From Vicugna vicugna (taxonomy: Eukaryota): a DNA stretch of 64,000 nt. Where the stretch lies: NCBI GenBank assembly GCA_013265495.1, contig MU058384.1, positions 2,641,010 to 2,705,009 on the forward strand, written 5' to 3'. Under the pieces are notes generated by a model, which saw only the letters and a list, made by a program, of their open reading frames with translations, searched no databases and was not told the origin of the DNA. This document shows positions 24,471 through 37,788 of the stretch, piece after piece. Numbering within the stretch: the stretch's first letter is position 1; every line of letters begins with the position of its first letter. The position numbers were made by a program, and so were the translations under genes.

Positions 24471-27400
24471 AAACTAATGATGGCAAATATCTGTCTGAAC
24501 TGGCTAATTAATACTGTTCCTTATAGGACTGACGATTGACTTGTTTCCTTCCTTTGCTCCATGCATTGGTACGGGGTGCACAAGAGTGGGTTTGGAAAGA
24601 AATCTGCAAACCCAACCCAGTTTTCTGTGAGCAAGAGCTGCGTTTCGGCAGCAGAGGCTGGAGGAAGTGGGAGGTCTTCAGCAAGGGCATGGAGTCCGCA
24701 GATTTGGTCAGTATCTGATCATTAAGATTGTCGGGGGAACAGAGGAGGCTTGACTCCCTCCACCACAGGGAAGCCAGCACGTGTAGAGGGAGGCCTCATA
24801 GCAACAGCCTGAAGGAAGCCGAGGATGTCGGCGCCCAGCCATTGCACATCCTGTCCAAAAGATCTTTGAACAAAGGCTCCTCACACCTAATTAATATCCG
24901 AAGACTCATTGGGCTCTATGCAAAAACTAAAAACAACAACAACAACAACAAAAAGCATCAAAGTGAAGCATATAAATGAAGCTGACTCTTTAAGCCCATG
25001 CAGTTTGTTTTGCTGGAAGCACCGCAGGCTTTAATTCCAGGGCTGACAGTGCCTACGCTCCTCCCGAAACCCAAGACACAGAAAGGGCCCCAGGTGTCTA
25101 GGGAGGCTGATGCAGCAGACAGGAATGACTTATCGAAACTGATACATGGAGAAACGGTCAGTGTGCCTGATGCCTGGCAAGCACTAATTCACTTGATTAA
25201 AACCCAGACCGGGTGCAGGACATTTAATTAAAGTGTCTGCCTGCCACTGCATAATGAAAGGGTGAAAAGTTTCAATCCATATTCTGAGCACGTTGGCCTT
25301 AAGGAAAACAGGAGCACCTAAATATTGAGGGTGATTCCATTAAAAACACACCCCTCACAGGGTCATTAAAGCATTCTGACTACATTATCACTGAACAGCA
25401 GGAACTTGGGTGGTAGGAGGCGTCATGTAACCTAACTTGCTGGTACTGCCTCCACAGATGAGCTAAGAGGATGGGCAGAACAGGCAGAGACCCCTCCCTG
25501 GGAAGGGAAAGATCAGGATCAGGGCTAGTCAAAATCCCAGTTATTCAAAAACCATCATTGAACAGCTCCTACACCCAAGAAACAACCCCTCAATTAAAAA
25601 TGTGTATAGAAACCCTGGATAAAAAAGACTAGATTGGAAAGCAGAGAGTGAAGCTGATTTATTGCCAGAATTGGGCACAAGGGATCTGAATCTGAAAGAA
25701 TCTGAAAAATGAAGCCACGTTAGGAACAGAGGGAGACAGATGTGGACAGATAATGAAGACACGTACAAGATCACAGGTGCGCACTTCTGATCAAGAATAC
25801 CCGAGGCCAGCCCTCTCCCATGAGCATCTTCCCATCATGACTGGGGTCTCTCCATCAGGCTCGTTCTGCCGCATGATCATAATCATGACAGAGCAGGGGC
25901 TGTGATGTCAGGGCTCAAACATAAATGTTTTACTAATGTGATTGTGGCATGTGATTCAGTACTTAATTGCTGTGACTTTGCCTACGTCCTCTATCCCTTT
26001 ATCTTTAAAATTCTCATCCTACCTCATAAGGATATTTAATGGAAAAACTAATTAAACGACAGTTTAAAAAAAAGTGCACAGTACATGTATCTTTAGCCTG
26101 TCTTCTCACAGAGATTAAACAAGTCTCCATTTGATGTAATCATGGCAGCCATTCCAATGTAAATGATTAAATGCATTTTAAGTTAAAAAAATCAATCAGA
26201 TCATCCACATTAAAAAAGCATATATATTTCGAAGTCTTCACCCTATTACACATCACAGCCCGCAATTCCTACTGCCCAAAGTTCTCATCATGCTGACCCA
26301 GCTCCACTTTCTCTCTCCTTGGCGTCCTTCCTTTCAGGTCCTGGAATCAATTCAAGTCATTTTTCACCAAAGTTCTGATTGCTGTGGGGTCAAATACAAA
26401 GCAAGCACCATCTTTACCATAAACATCTCACCATCTATTGGAGGAACGAATGCCCATACAATTCTGTTTTATGGCTGACGGTACTAAATGCTACTGCAAT
26501 CATGAGGTATATAATAATTTTGAAAGTCTGAAGACATCCCAACTTTGGAGAACAGAGAATTCACAGATGAGATGACATGTGAGCAAAGCACTGATACAGG
26601 AGAGAAAAGGGAAGGACAGAGATACCGAGCAAAGGAAATGTCGTGAGTAAAGGTATGCAGTGTGAAGGCAGAGGCTGGAGACGATGCTAAAAAGGCTGGT
26701 TGGAATCTTATTACACATCAATTAAAGTGCTTGCTCGTGTTAAATGTTTTGCACATATTATCTTAGGATTGGTCAGGGCAACAAATCACAACTAAAACTA
26801 GAAGTACTGAGGCAAATTGGACATCAGAGGGATAAAGCAGACAATATGATGTCGATGAAATTAAAGGCAGATCCTAGTGTTCCCAGTGACAAGGAACTGA
26901 CCGGGGTGCATTTGGTGAAGGGATACAGAGAATTCACATAATAGAAGGCAGTAGTCACTCACGGTTTGAGACCACTGTTCCCCCTACCTACTCCCTATCA
27001 TTCTAGTCAGTCTGGTTGAAATCTCTCACATACCCCCATTCCTATGTATTTCACAAAGCTTTACATTCTGTATTAATGAAGTAACATGTTTTAGAGAACC
27101 AGGATATATACCTTGTTCAAACTCCATCACATAAAATATTACTCTACACATGTAATTTAATCACAGAATGGGCAGAAAATGCAAAAGGCTTATTGTGTAG
27201 CGTTTATTTGGAGCAGCGTAGATACACTTCTTAAATCTACATGCCCTCTCCCCTCCCCACCCCCTTAGATTTATAAGTTCCTTAGATGTAAGGTCTAACT
27301 TTTTGATGCCTGCTATGTTTACAGCACCCTACTGGGCTCTGGGAAGTGTGGTGAATCCTGGCCCATGCTCCATCCCTCCTATGCATTGTCCACATAAGTA

Positions 27401-29110
27401 ATCAACCTCATTGTGTTTCAATGGGACTATGTATCTGTGTGCCTAGTCATTATTGTACACTGTGTGGACAATGTGGTAAGATAGCCAGGTGGTACACAGG
27501 AAAACTGTCCTGGAAACCTGAGTGCCAGATCCAGGTGGTATAACTGGCTAAAGGCAGCTTTGGCAATCGTATAGGTAATACTACTAGAGTTCTAGATGAC
27601 CTGGTTAGGGCAATCAGAGTGTAGTAAGCCCCCACTCAGCTTACCCAGCTATTTGGCAGGACTTCCCTCAGGACTGGGAGAAAATCATCACCAGAAACTA
27701 GAGGGCATCATGAGACTTATGGAACATTCTCCCACCTGACATCTGCTGTTAGGCTCTGCTGAGAACTTATTCTTAGTGCTCAACATAGTAACCAGTAACT
27801 TGTAAGATTTCTGAGTCAAAGCTCATTTCTGCCAAGGTTCCAAACGAGTCCTCTCCAGGACCATTTCCAGGGAATGCAGGAGTGAAGAAGCAATTCCTGA
27901 GCTCACTGGATAGTGAGTATCCGGCCACTTTACATCTACCTGGTGTTGCATTACTCAGGCTTCCCTTCATCCACGTGACAGATATGTCAATGGTGGTGTT
28001 ACACGCGGTCAGGTCTAGTGCTAGGCATCAGGCATACAGCAGTGAACAAAAAGAGACCCTTGATCCTTGATCTTTGTAAAGCTGACATCTGGTTTTGATG
28101 ACAGTCACAAAATAAGGGATGACAATGGGTTATAATGAGCATTATGACAGGGAAAATACACTGTGCTCTGGGTCTAACACAGCACAATTGCAATGCTACA
28201 CTCATCTTTTCATGGAACTCCAAATTTCCAGATTGTAACATATCTAATTAAGGACTTAAAGCCAGGGAAGAAGACAAGGAGACCAGCAAGAAGTGAGCTA
28301 ATCTGGGGGAGTCAACCTACCCTAAGGCACACCAAGGACATGGAGGCATAGTGAATGAACAAGGAATGATATTTCTCTTTCTTAACCCATTAAAATGATT
28401 TCAGTGTACACATACATGCTTCTGGAGGTGACTGTAGTTTCATTTTTCTAAGTATCAGATATTATTTTTAAATCAAGCCAAATAAAATCATCTTCTGTGG
28501 CACCAAAAATAACTCAAAATTTGAGCACATTCCACAGAAGGCTTCGTCTTTCCTGGGACTTGGAGAGGAGCAGACTCTGAAAATCCTCAGTGCAGGCATA
28601 TTTCAAATCCTGGCTCTGGTTCTGGCTGAAAATTTGGCTTTGTTACTTAATGCACATTCCCTTCTGGCCTCTCATGTATATTGGCTTGAAAATTCATCAA
28701 CTTAAATATATTTGCATAATTCCTTCTCTTTAGAAACAGCCCAATTCTTTTTTGACTCTGTCAAACAGTGCTGAGGACAAGAATACTGGGACACCAAACA
28801 CCATTCTCTGGGGACAGGGGTGGGGGTGGGGCTCACCCATCCTCTGGGAGGACAGCCTTCCCAGTGTGAACTGCTGAAAGCGTAGCTTGGCCATGAAAAA
28901 GAAAACAGTGGTTCTTCCCCTCATGGTCCATGTGCAAACAACAAAGCAGGCTCAGTCTTGTGAAGACAGCTGGAGGGAAGAATCCATATCTTTAGAGTGA
29001 GGTGGGTGGGGGAATCACAAAGTCAACACAGAATTTCTGAGGACATTTTCCTATTGTCAACACTTCAAATGTGGATGCCAAAGATAAGCATTTTTTTTTT
29101 CTTTTTTGAT

Positions 29111-29313
29111 CAAAGTTGCTCAACCTCAAGCACTACTGGCATTCTGGGCCAAAAAACTTCTTTTTGTGGGAGGTCGTCCTATGCACTGTAGGGTGTTAAG
29201 CAGTGTCCTTGGCCCCTACCCTGGCACTCCCTCCCCCAGCTGTGACCATCAAAAATGCCCAGACTTTGTCAAATATTCCCTGGGGAACAAAAGGCTCCCC
29301 TGTTGAGAACCAC
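29111..29313. mobile_element. MER20-like hAT-Charlie element
   Basis: ctcaacctcaagcactactggcattctgggcc...cctatgcactgtagggtgttaagcagtgtccttggcccctacc...gttgagaaccac. Confidence 0.85.
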
Positions 29314-31049
29314 ACTTAGGTCATTTATACCCCGTGCAGGTGGATAAAACTGAAAATCTCAACCTGCTTCCCAAAGCCTCAGAGCTGGAATCCAGGACTT
29401 ACGGGGGGGCCTGGGGTGAGCCACTGACCCTTCACGATGCTTCCGAGATCTTGGATTGAAGGAAACAACTGGTGGTTGAGCTACAACCCCAATCTTTATT
29501 TTGATCCCCCTCAAAAAAGGAATCAGGTTATCTGAGTGAACTCCTGAGGGAACTTCTACCATGTACAACTTAAATTGATTTGCCTTAGGCCCAGGTGACA
29601 GGTAATTACAGCAATCACTCTTTGGCTCAATTTGCCCAAATTCTGCAAATAGCTATTCTGAGAGGTTTTTGTTTTTGTTTTCGGTCAATGGCAGATTTTT
29701 CTAGAGCTCCTGAGTTCCCAGTTTGGAAAATATTTCAAATTACTTATTGGTTTGTGGTCATGTCCCAGGTTCTTTTCTGGCCTTTATTTGTTGCCACGAG
29801 TAATAAGTTCAATATTCATTGATACGCATCAGAGGTGCCCTTAGCAAAGAGTTCTAGGAAATCTAGTGATTTCAATAGAAAAAAAGTGTAAATATTAAAT
29901 TATAATGAAGTTAGCTAATTCACTTGAACAAATAAACTGTTCTCATTCTTCTCATCCTCTCGTTCTATATTCTCTGCCCTGGTAAACTCTCCTAACTCCT
30001 ACCTCTAACTTAAGGCTTCACAAATGTATTTCTAGAGCCAATATTTCTCCCAAGTTTCAATCTTTAATTTCAGCTTATAAACATCAGAAATGAATACATG
30101 CAATTTCATAAAAATCACGTCAACTACACTAAGTCTCTAAGACGGTAAACAACTAACACTTCTTCCCGTTCTAAAATTCTAATTATGCGACCATTAAAAT
30201 TATCCTTAAAGGGATAAATATAGCCACATGGGAAATGCTTATGATCTAAAGTCAAGTGAAAAGCAAGAAATACACAATGAATATAACTGTAAACACATAA
30301 ATAGATATGCTTAGAAACGAACATACAAAGATCAGTCACAGTGATGGGATTTACAATGAACATTTTCTATTTTGGAATGGCTGTAATGTGAAAATCCTTA
30401 TATCTCTTTAAATTATTCTTTTAAAATATTATAATTCTTGGCTATCTGACAACATGAACTCACCATCTGCCTCCTAAGTGAGCCCCTTAAAACCCATCAT
30501 TCAGCAAGACACTCTGGCTCCAAGTCCCGTAATTACCTTGGATTTTCTCCTTCTCACCTACTCACCACCTACGCCACTGCCAGCCACCAGCTACGGCAGA
30601 TCCACTCAGCATACTCAGCTGCGGGGCACCCCTCCTATCGCCACCAGCCTGCTTCTCACAATAAGCCATCTATTCAGTGCCTCTGACTTGGGTTCTGCCA
30701 TTTCCCTGAGCATCCTGCAAAACCCTTTCCCCTTCCTCCCACTTCAACATCTAATATGCAGCTCTGCTCGTGTCACTCTGCTGCTTACTGTATGGATTCC
30801 CAGCTGCCTACTCTGACCAGGCTCCTAGCGCCTGCTTCAACCTCCTCTTCAGGCTCAACAACTACTATCCCTCACTAATCCCAGGTTCCACCCTCTCCGT
30901 TTCCATCTCCAAGACTTCTCTTCTCTACCAAGATTGCCCACCCTCCAATACAATGATCTAAATTCCAAAAGCTTTCAAAGTTCATTTTATCAGGTGTTCA
31001 TTTTATCATCATGCTACATACATTCTCTTCTGATAACTGTGACAAATAC

Positions 31050-31253
31050 CAAAGCTAACACCAACCTCACGCTAAGCACTGTTCTAGGCCCTTCTTTTAT
31101 ATTAACTCATTTAAGACTCATTATACCATAATTATAACAACATATTAACTTTTTTTGCATTTTACAGATCAGAAGATTGAGGCACAGATAAATAACTACC
31201 CCAAGGTCACCAGGCATTCTAGCTCGAGAAGCTGTGCTCTTACCACTCTGCTA
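31050..31253 (-). mobile_element. MIR SINE with internal deletion (overlaps the 5' part of the PBOV1-orthologous sequence)
   Basis: cattttacagatcagaagattgaggcacaga...cccaaggtca|ccaggcattctagctc...gtgctcttaccact matches the MIR core, with ~30-35 nt missing after aaggtca. Confidence 0.8.
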
Positions 31254-31537
31254 CCAGGTTATTTTGAAAAGAAGAAAAGTAACAAGAAGTTTAAAAAGAA
31301 TAGAGTCCAGTGATCACGTCACAGGACAGTTACACCAAGCCATTCTTCCACTCTCGCAGGTCCACTTGGCCACTTAAAGTTTCCTCGATGAATTCCTATC
31401 TACTCTAAGAGATTTATGTTCTTTCATTATGTTTCACTCTTTTTCAGAAGCCATATTACTCACATCGGCTTTGCAGTTAAACGCAAGTATGGAGTTTTCT
31501 TCTCCGCCTATCCAGAACCACACATCCCCAAACCAGA
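31156..31537 (+). pseudogene. Non-coding orthologous sequence of the human de novo gene PBOV1 (disabled ORF, antisense in the ARFGEF3 intron after exon 4)
   Basis: Frame from 31156: CILQIRRLRHR*ITTPRSPGILAREAVLLPLCYQVILKRRKVTRSLKRIESSDHVTGQLHQAILPLSQVHLAT*, then SEAILLTSALQL (31444) and LLRLSRTTHPQTR (31499, shifted frame). Collinear with recalled PBOV1 ([45 protein letters not shown]...HHAILTPLQTHLT...SEAILFTLTLQL...LLYLSKTIHPQII). Syntenic position also fits. Confidence 0.85.
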
Positions 31538-32229
31538 CCAACTCTCAGCCTTGTTACAAAGCCTTTCCAGAAAAATACGACTGGTTGAAATAGTGATTCT
31601 GCAGCCAGAAACTGTGTAAGCCCAGCCAAGTAACTGAACCACTCAGGACTTCAATTCACCTATAAAAACAAGGCTCTGATGAGGTACCAGGTTACTTTAA
31701 TTCTAAAGTGTGAATCCATGTTGGTCTTCCTCATCTTTGAACTCACATAGATTATTGTCTATAATCACAACTTTAGTTTCTTTCGTTTGTCATTCATCTG
31801 GTGGGCCACTGAAAACCACATGTGTTTCCCTCCCTCCATTAGTCAGTAACTAAATTAGCAAGCAATTAGTAAGCCGTGTGCCAGATGCTCTGCTAGGCGC
31901 CAAAGGGATAAAAACAACACTAACAATATGTCATCAGTTTTCACTTGCTAGCTAGTGAAATTTTCCACTATGCCTGAGTCAAGAGTTGAGGACTAACTAG
32001 TTGGAGAAATTACAATATGCAGGTTCCCTGAATAAGCCATTGCAGGGGGCCCATGGCCTTAGCTAACCTTATGCTTCTCTGAATGCTTCATCATGCCTTC
32101 CCTTGGAGAAAAATGCAGTTAAAAAACAAACAAACCAAAAAAAAACAGGAGGTGGCAGAGGGGATGATGCACCGGCTGCCCCTAGCTGGGGAAATACGTC
32201 AGACTGTGATTCCGATGTGACCCGTGATT

Positions 32230-32520
32230 GTGGCAGACTGCCAGTTCTCGTTCAACACCATCCTTGTCTTTTTCAAGAATAGAATTCTGGGCACATGGCT
32301 GCCCAAAATAAAGACTACACTTCCCAGCCTTCCTCACACCTGTTGCCACATGACCGAGTCCTGGCCAATGGGAGAGAAGCAGAAGTGTCCTCCATCTCCT
32401 TCCTCCTGCCAAGTGGTTGGAAGGTGGATATTTGGGCAGGAAACAGAGAGCCACTGTGGATAACAAGGTGGAGAAACAAAATGCAACACACAAGGGTCTC
32501 TGATAACGGGGTCAGACAAT
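32230..32520 (-). mobile_element. Old MaLR LTR (MLT1H/I/J-like)
   Basis: tgtggcagac...aaagactacacttcccagcc...catgaccgagtcctggccaatggg...aagcagaagtg. Confidence 0.75.
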
Positions 32521-32649
32521 AGTGAGCTAAGTGCATGCAAAAGAAAAATAAATTTCTGCCTTGTTTTAGCGGAAATGAATCCTAACAAATACAGAATTCC
32601 TTTCTTCCCTTTCTCCAACCCTATCCTTCTTGTCTATCTGATTCTTACT

Positions 32650-32945
32650 TATGCTTTAGACCTTATTTAAATGTCACTTCTTAGGAATAGCCTTCTCTGC
32701 CCTCTTCATCTGCCCTCATCAGGCCCTATTATAAATACACTCTTATTTCCCTAGATTTTTCTCTCCTTATATTTGTCACAGTTAATGAGTATTTATCTAT
32801 TTCATTGATTTCTATCACTAGCCTCCAGACAAAGATTCTTTTTCTGTTTGGTTTTGGTTTTGTTGTCTTCACCATGATCCCTTGCATCTAGCACAGTGCC
32901 AGGCACACAGGAAACAATCAAATATTTGTGCAATAAATGATTGAA
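32650..32945 (+). mobile_element. L2 LINE 3' end
   Basis: ttaaatgtcacttc...catctagcacagtgccaggcacacagg...tcaaatatttg...aataaatga. Confidence 0.75.
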
Positions 32946-34035
32946 AAACATTGGAGGATCTCCCCACTCTACTAGGAACTCTAGAACATCCGCAGTACAT
33001 ATCGAAGGCCTCTGCATTTACACTTGCTTAACTACTATCAGGGGGAAAAGTTTCAAAATACTTAGTAGAGTTGCTCTCAAATATATTCAAGTGGCATGGC
33101 ACTTGGAAATGGTGAATCTTAAAAAAAAAAGAAATTAATAGATAATATGAAAATATCTTCATCTACAAAATAATGCAGAAATTCTTTAATGGAAAATAAC
33201 ATTTCTCAGTTTTCAATGTTTGCTTCTTCCTTTTTCATATACTTTTATTGTCTGTCTAATGCAGTCATACCAAAGGATAAAGAAACGTGGGAGGAAAACT
33301 TAGTAAGAATTTTAGCTATATGTGTACAAAGGAAAAAGATTATTATCATTTGATCTGAGCAGCAGGAAGAGGGAGGGTTATCTGAGGGCGACTTACTTCA
33401 CAGAACCACATATTTTAGATGCTTCCCTGCATTAACTGCAGAAATATGTTTGTAAGCAAGTCAGCTCATCTTCCAATAATAGGTACATTCTAAATTAACC
33501 ATTTTTCATCAAACACTGGATTTTTCATTCATACTAGAGATTGCTGCAAATCTTCTAAAGTGTTTTAGTAGCTTCAGACTAAGGAGGATTTCTCCTTGTT
33601 TATGAGGAAAATAAGACAATTTGGTCACTTCACCCTTAAACTTTACTAATGATCATTTCTTCTATAAGGCACTCTATAAGACCAACTGTTATAAAATATA
33701 AAAATACCTCAATGGCAAATGAGATCCTGTGTCTCTTCCCCCAACTCTGTCACACACACATACACACCCCAGAGCCATGAGCTATTTTGGTAGGAAAGAG
33801 ACTGATTCTTTCTTCATACCTGAATCCAGCTCAGAACTAGTGAGGGATACACTGCCATGGAAGGATACAGAAAGCATACAGGACTCTGAGCCCCTCCTAG
33901 CTTTGCCCCTTATTAGTCTATGGCTTAACTTTTCTGTTCAGTCATCTATAAAATGGAGACAGTAATGACAAACACCTATGTTTTTCAGGATAGACCTAGA
34001 AGACAAGGTAACCCACTGTTCAAAAGTGCAGGTTT

Positions 34036-34824
34036 GCTCACACCAGTCAGAATGGCCATTATTCAGTAAGTCCACAAACAATAAATGCTGGAGAGGGTGT
34101 GGAGAAAAGGGAACCCTTCTACACTGTTGGCAGGAATGTAGTTTGGTGCAGCCATCATGGAAAACAGTATGGAGAGTCCTCAAAAAACTAGACTTACCAT
34201 ATGATCTAGCTATCCCACTCCTGGACATATATCCAGAGGGAACCTTAATTCAAAAAGATACATGCACCCTAATGTTCGTAGCAGCACTATTTACAACAAC
34301 CAAGATGTGGAAACAATCTAAATGTCCATTGACAGATAATAAAGAAGTTGTGGTGTATGTATACAATGGAATACTACTCAGCCATAAAAAATAATAAAAT
34401 GCCATTTGCAGCAACATAGATGGACCTGGAGACTGTCATTCAAAGTGAAGTAAGCCAGAAAGAGAAAGAAAAATACTATATATCACTTATATGTGGACTC
34501 TTAAAAAAAGACACAAATGAACTTACAAAATGGAAAGATTCACAGAAGACTTATGGTTACTGGTGGGGAAGAGGGTGGGAAGAGATAAACTGGATAAATT
34601 GGGAGTTTGAGATTTGCAGATACTAACTACTCTATATAAGACAGATAAACAAGTTTCCACTGTATAGCACAGAGAACTATATTCAATATCTCGTAGTAAC
34701 CTATAATGAAGAAGAATATGAAAATGAATATATGTATGTATATGTGTGACTGAAACATTATGCTGTATACCAGAAATTGACACAACATTGTGACCTGATT
34801 ATACTTCAACTTGGAAAAAAAAAA
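34036..34824 (+). mobile_element. Lineage-specific L1 3' end (degraded ORF2 C-terminus, 3' UTR, poly(A))
   Basis: ORF 33978..34394 contains [33 protein letters not shown]...[13 protein letters not shown]...CTLMFVAALFT, the L1 ORF2p C-terminal region; frameshifted; ends in an A10 tail. Confidence 0.95.
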
Positions 34825-37544
34825 GTTTTCGTTTGACCCCAGGCTGAATTACAGTTCAAATACTGGTCCTGCCATTTCCCTAGCTGTTGATCTTTATATT
34901 AATGTAATGTACTTACTAGAGTGTCTATAACAAATGTTAAATAATTGGCCAGTCATTTCTCCTTTAAAAATGTAAAGCACTCCACCAACATTCATTTCTA
35001 TTTTCTAAAGATGCACATAAGATAAGATGTCCAATAACAGAACATTCATCAAATGCTTTCTCAGCATCTAGTATCATATTCTTCCCTACCAACAAAGCCA
35101 GCCTGCCCTCCCCAGATAGGATGCTCACGTCTCTAACACACTTACAGAGGCAGAAGGCCAGTCACAATTCCCTTCTTTGAAGACTCACCAGCTGTACCAG
35201 TTAATGACCTCACTGAAGATTATCCATCAGAAAGAAGGGGGAAGAAAGCACTAATTGCTCTCGTTGGAGATGTCATTAGCTATGTACCCGGCTCTCATAG
35301 TCTGCTTAGCATTTATGGAAATGGTACATGCAATGGGAAAAAATATTACCAAAGGGAACAAGTATTCAACCTCAGTATTAAGTAGCTCCTTGCTATCTAC
35401 GAATCCACGTCAAAGGTAATGCATCTTCAGAGAAATCTTCCTTCTGATATGCTGCAGTTCTGATACTCTTGCTTGATCAGCGATAAAATTTGTATTTGGA
35501 TTCCATGGCCATTTCAATAAATCAAAGTTGCCTCTTCCCCTCCTGTTAGATTGTATAACCATGGAGAACAGCTCCTAGACTAAGAGATCTAACCTCATTC
35601 CTGTTTAATTTGTTGGAAGCAGGCATCATTGACTTTTTTTTTTTAACCCTCCAAATGAAAGCCTAGGGCCTTCTTTCTTAATGAGAACACTCCCATCAGA
35701 ACCTTGCATTTCGTTATTAGCTACTTTCTGTTTAATCTCGGGGAAACCTCTAAAAGAGGGAACCACATTATTGTTCCTCCAGGAATTTAATTCAATTGTT
35801 ACACACGCCTAAGAATGTGACATGGTTCAATTTCTCATGGTTATAAACACTAGAAGATAGCAGTATGTGAGTAAAATGTATGATGTAGTTTTTTCAAAAA
35901 TAGCACTTAGGATGTTATAGAAATGTGCTATGCCACAGTTAGACAGAAATAAATAAAAACTACATGGTGTGGCGTTATGTCTCCTGAATAGTATACTTAG
36001 ACCAGCATTTGAAAGCATCTACCGTATCACATTTTTAAAGATTTTTCTGACGAAGTATCTATATAAAATGACTGGAGACTTTTTTACAAAAAATACCTAG
36101 TTTAGATAATTTATTATCAGAATGAGTTATGTAGAAGCACCAAGAATAAATTAATACACCCTTTATATGTAATGGGAATCCAGTCTTTTTCCTTGATGAC
36201 TCATCCAATTCTAATTTTGGGGGAGAAAAAGTGGTAAATGCATTTTAATGTTGTAATGATATTATTTGCAAAACAAGGACTTAAAGTTTTTATTTGGGCC
36301 ATTATGAGTATTACAGACTTACAAAATAAAAGGGTTCATGCTTCTGAAGATGACTGAAGTTGGTATAGAAATTCCTCATACATGGAGAAAGGGTATAAAA
36401 CTTATTTCTAAGCCCCAAATGCTATAATTTGCATGTACCTTTATACCCAAACAAGTAATTTTAATCTCAGAAATAGGAAATGATCATAGAGCCCTCACTC
36501 GTGGGCTATCACAGTCAGACCACCATCTCCAAAATTTCATCTGATGCTAATAATAACACCACTCTAAAGTACAGTCATCACATGAATTTTCTAGCTGCTT
36601 AGCTAAAAATGTTTGCCCAAAAATAATTAGCTTAAGGCCAGGTTTCTTGTGAACTGAAATATTTTTTCCCAATTTCAATGGTCAATTTTTAAAAAAATAA
36701 CAGTATGTAGCAAAGACCCTTATCTTTTTAAGCATTCTGGGAATTTACTTATGAAGAATGGCAGCCCAGATTATTGCTCTCCTTCTCTCTGACAATGTTT
36801 GATCTATGGCCAGACATTAACGACGAGTACCATGGTCTATTACGGTGTCATTAGAAAGTCCATTAAGACAGGCTTTCCAGGATTTCCAGTAGAGCAAACA
36901 TGTGTCAACTCCTGTCCTCAGCAAGGCTAGCAGAAGGCACCACTGGGCTGGAATTAGAACGCTAGCGTAAGTTTTCCAAACAGGTGTTACTGTTGACACA
37001 ACCATTAAACATCCTCTTCTTTCCAAGCTCCTAGAAGAACAAGTATTTCCTCATTTTAATTTTTAATACAAATTTCTGTATTCCACAGAAAACTGTATTC
37101 CTGGGAGCATTTCCAGAATAATATGAAATCTGTGAGGTGTGTCTTAGTATGAATGACATCAATGCTCACCCACCGGTATTTGGAGACCTGTTAGTAGAAG
37201 AAGATCAACAGACTAAACCTGAAAGTTGTAAAAGCGATGAACACGGCAGCTGGCCCTGCCTGCCTCAATGGTGGCACCGAGGTAGCAGAGAAGTAAGACA
37301 AGTCTAGAGGTGGTTACTTTTTGGTTCCTAGGAATGCACAGCTGCCCAATGTGTGTCAAAGGACAAGGCAAAACTGGACGTGCCAGAATCAAAGACAGTT
37401 AAAGACCACGGGATCTTTAAGATCAGCTGGCGAGGAGACCTGCAATGCGTACTGTGTATGAGACTCTTCCTGGCCCCGCCCCCTGAGCTGATGACTGGGC
37501 AGGAGGAGAAGTGGCAGAAGTGGTAGGAATAGAAGCAGTAACGC

Positions 37545-37788
37545 ACAACACTGCTGACGCACTTGCTTTGTGCCAGACACTGTGCGAAATTCCTTACAAC
37601 GATCACCCTATTGAATCCTCAGCACAATCCTATTGGGTAGGTGCTGCTATTCCCCCCATTTTACAGATGAGGAGATAAAAGCACGGGGTGGTTAAGGAGT
37701 CTGTCCAAGGATATCCAACTAGGAAGTGAGTAAGCATTCACACCCCAGACAGGCTGGCTTCAAAGTCCGAGTTCTTAATCACTACACT
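37545..37788 (-). mobile_element. MIR SINE
   Basis: tgtgccagacactgtg...cccccattttacagatgaggagat...gttcttaatcactacac. Confidence 0.85.

Noticed and set aside
31156..31537. Calling a functional PBOV1 protein-coding gene
   Set aside because: No in-frame start, multiple stops and frameshifts; reported as non-coding orthologous sequence only.
33978..34626. 138-aa and 68-aa ORFs as a novel gene
   Set aside because: They are degraded, frameshifted L1 ORF2 C-terminal sequence.
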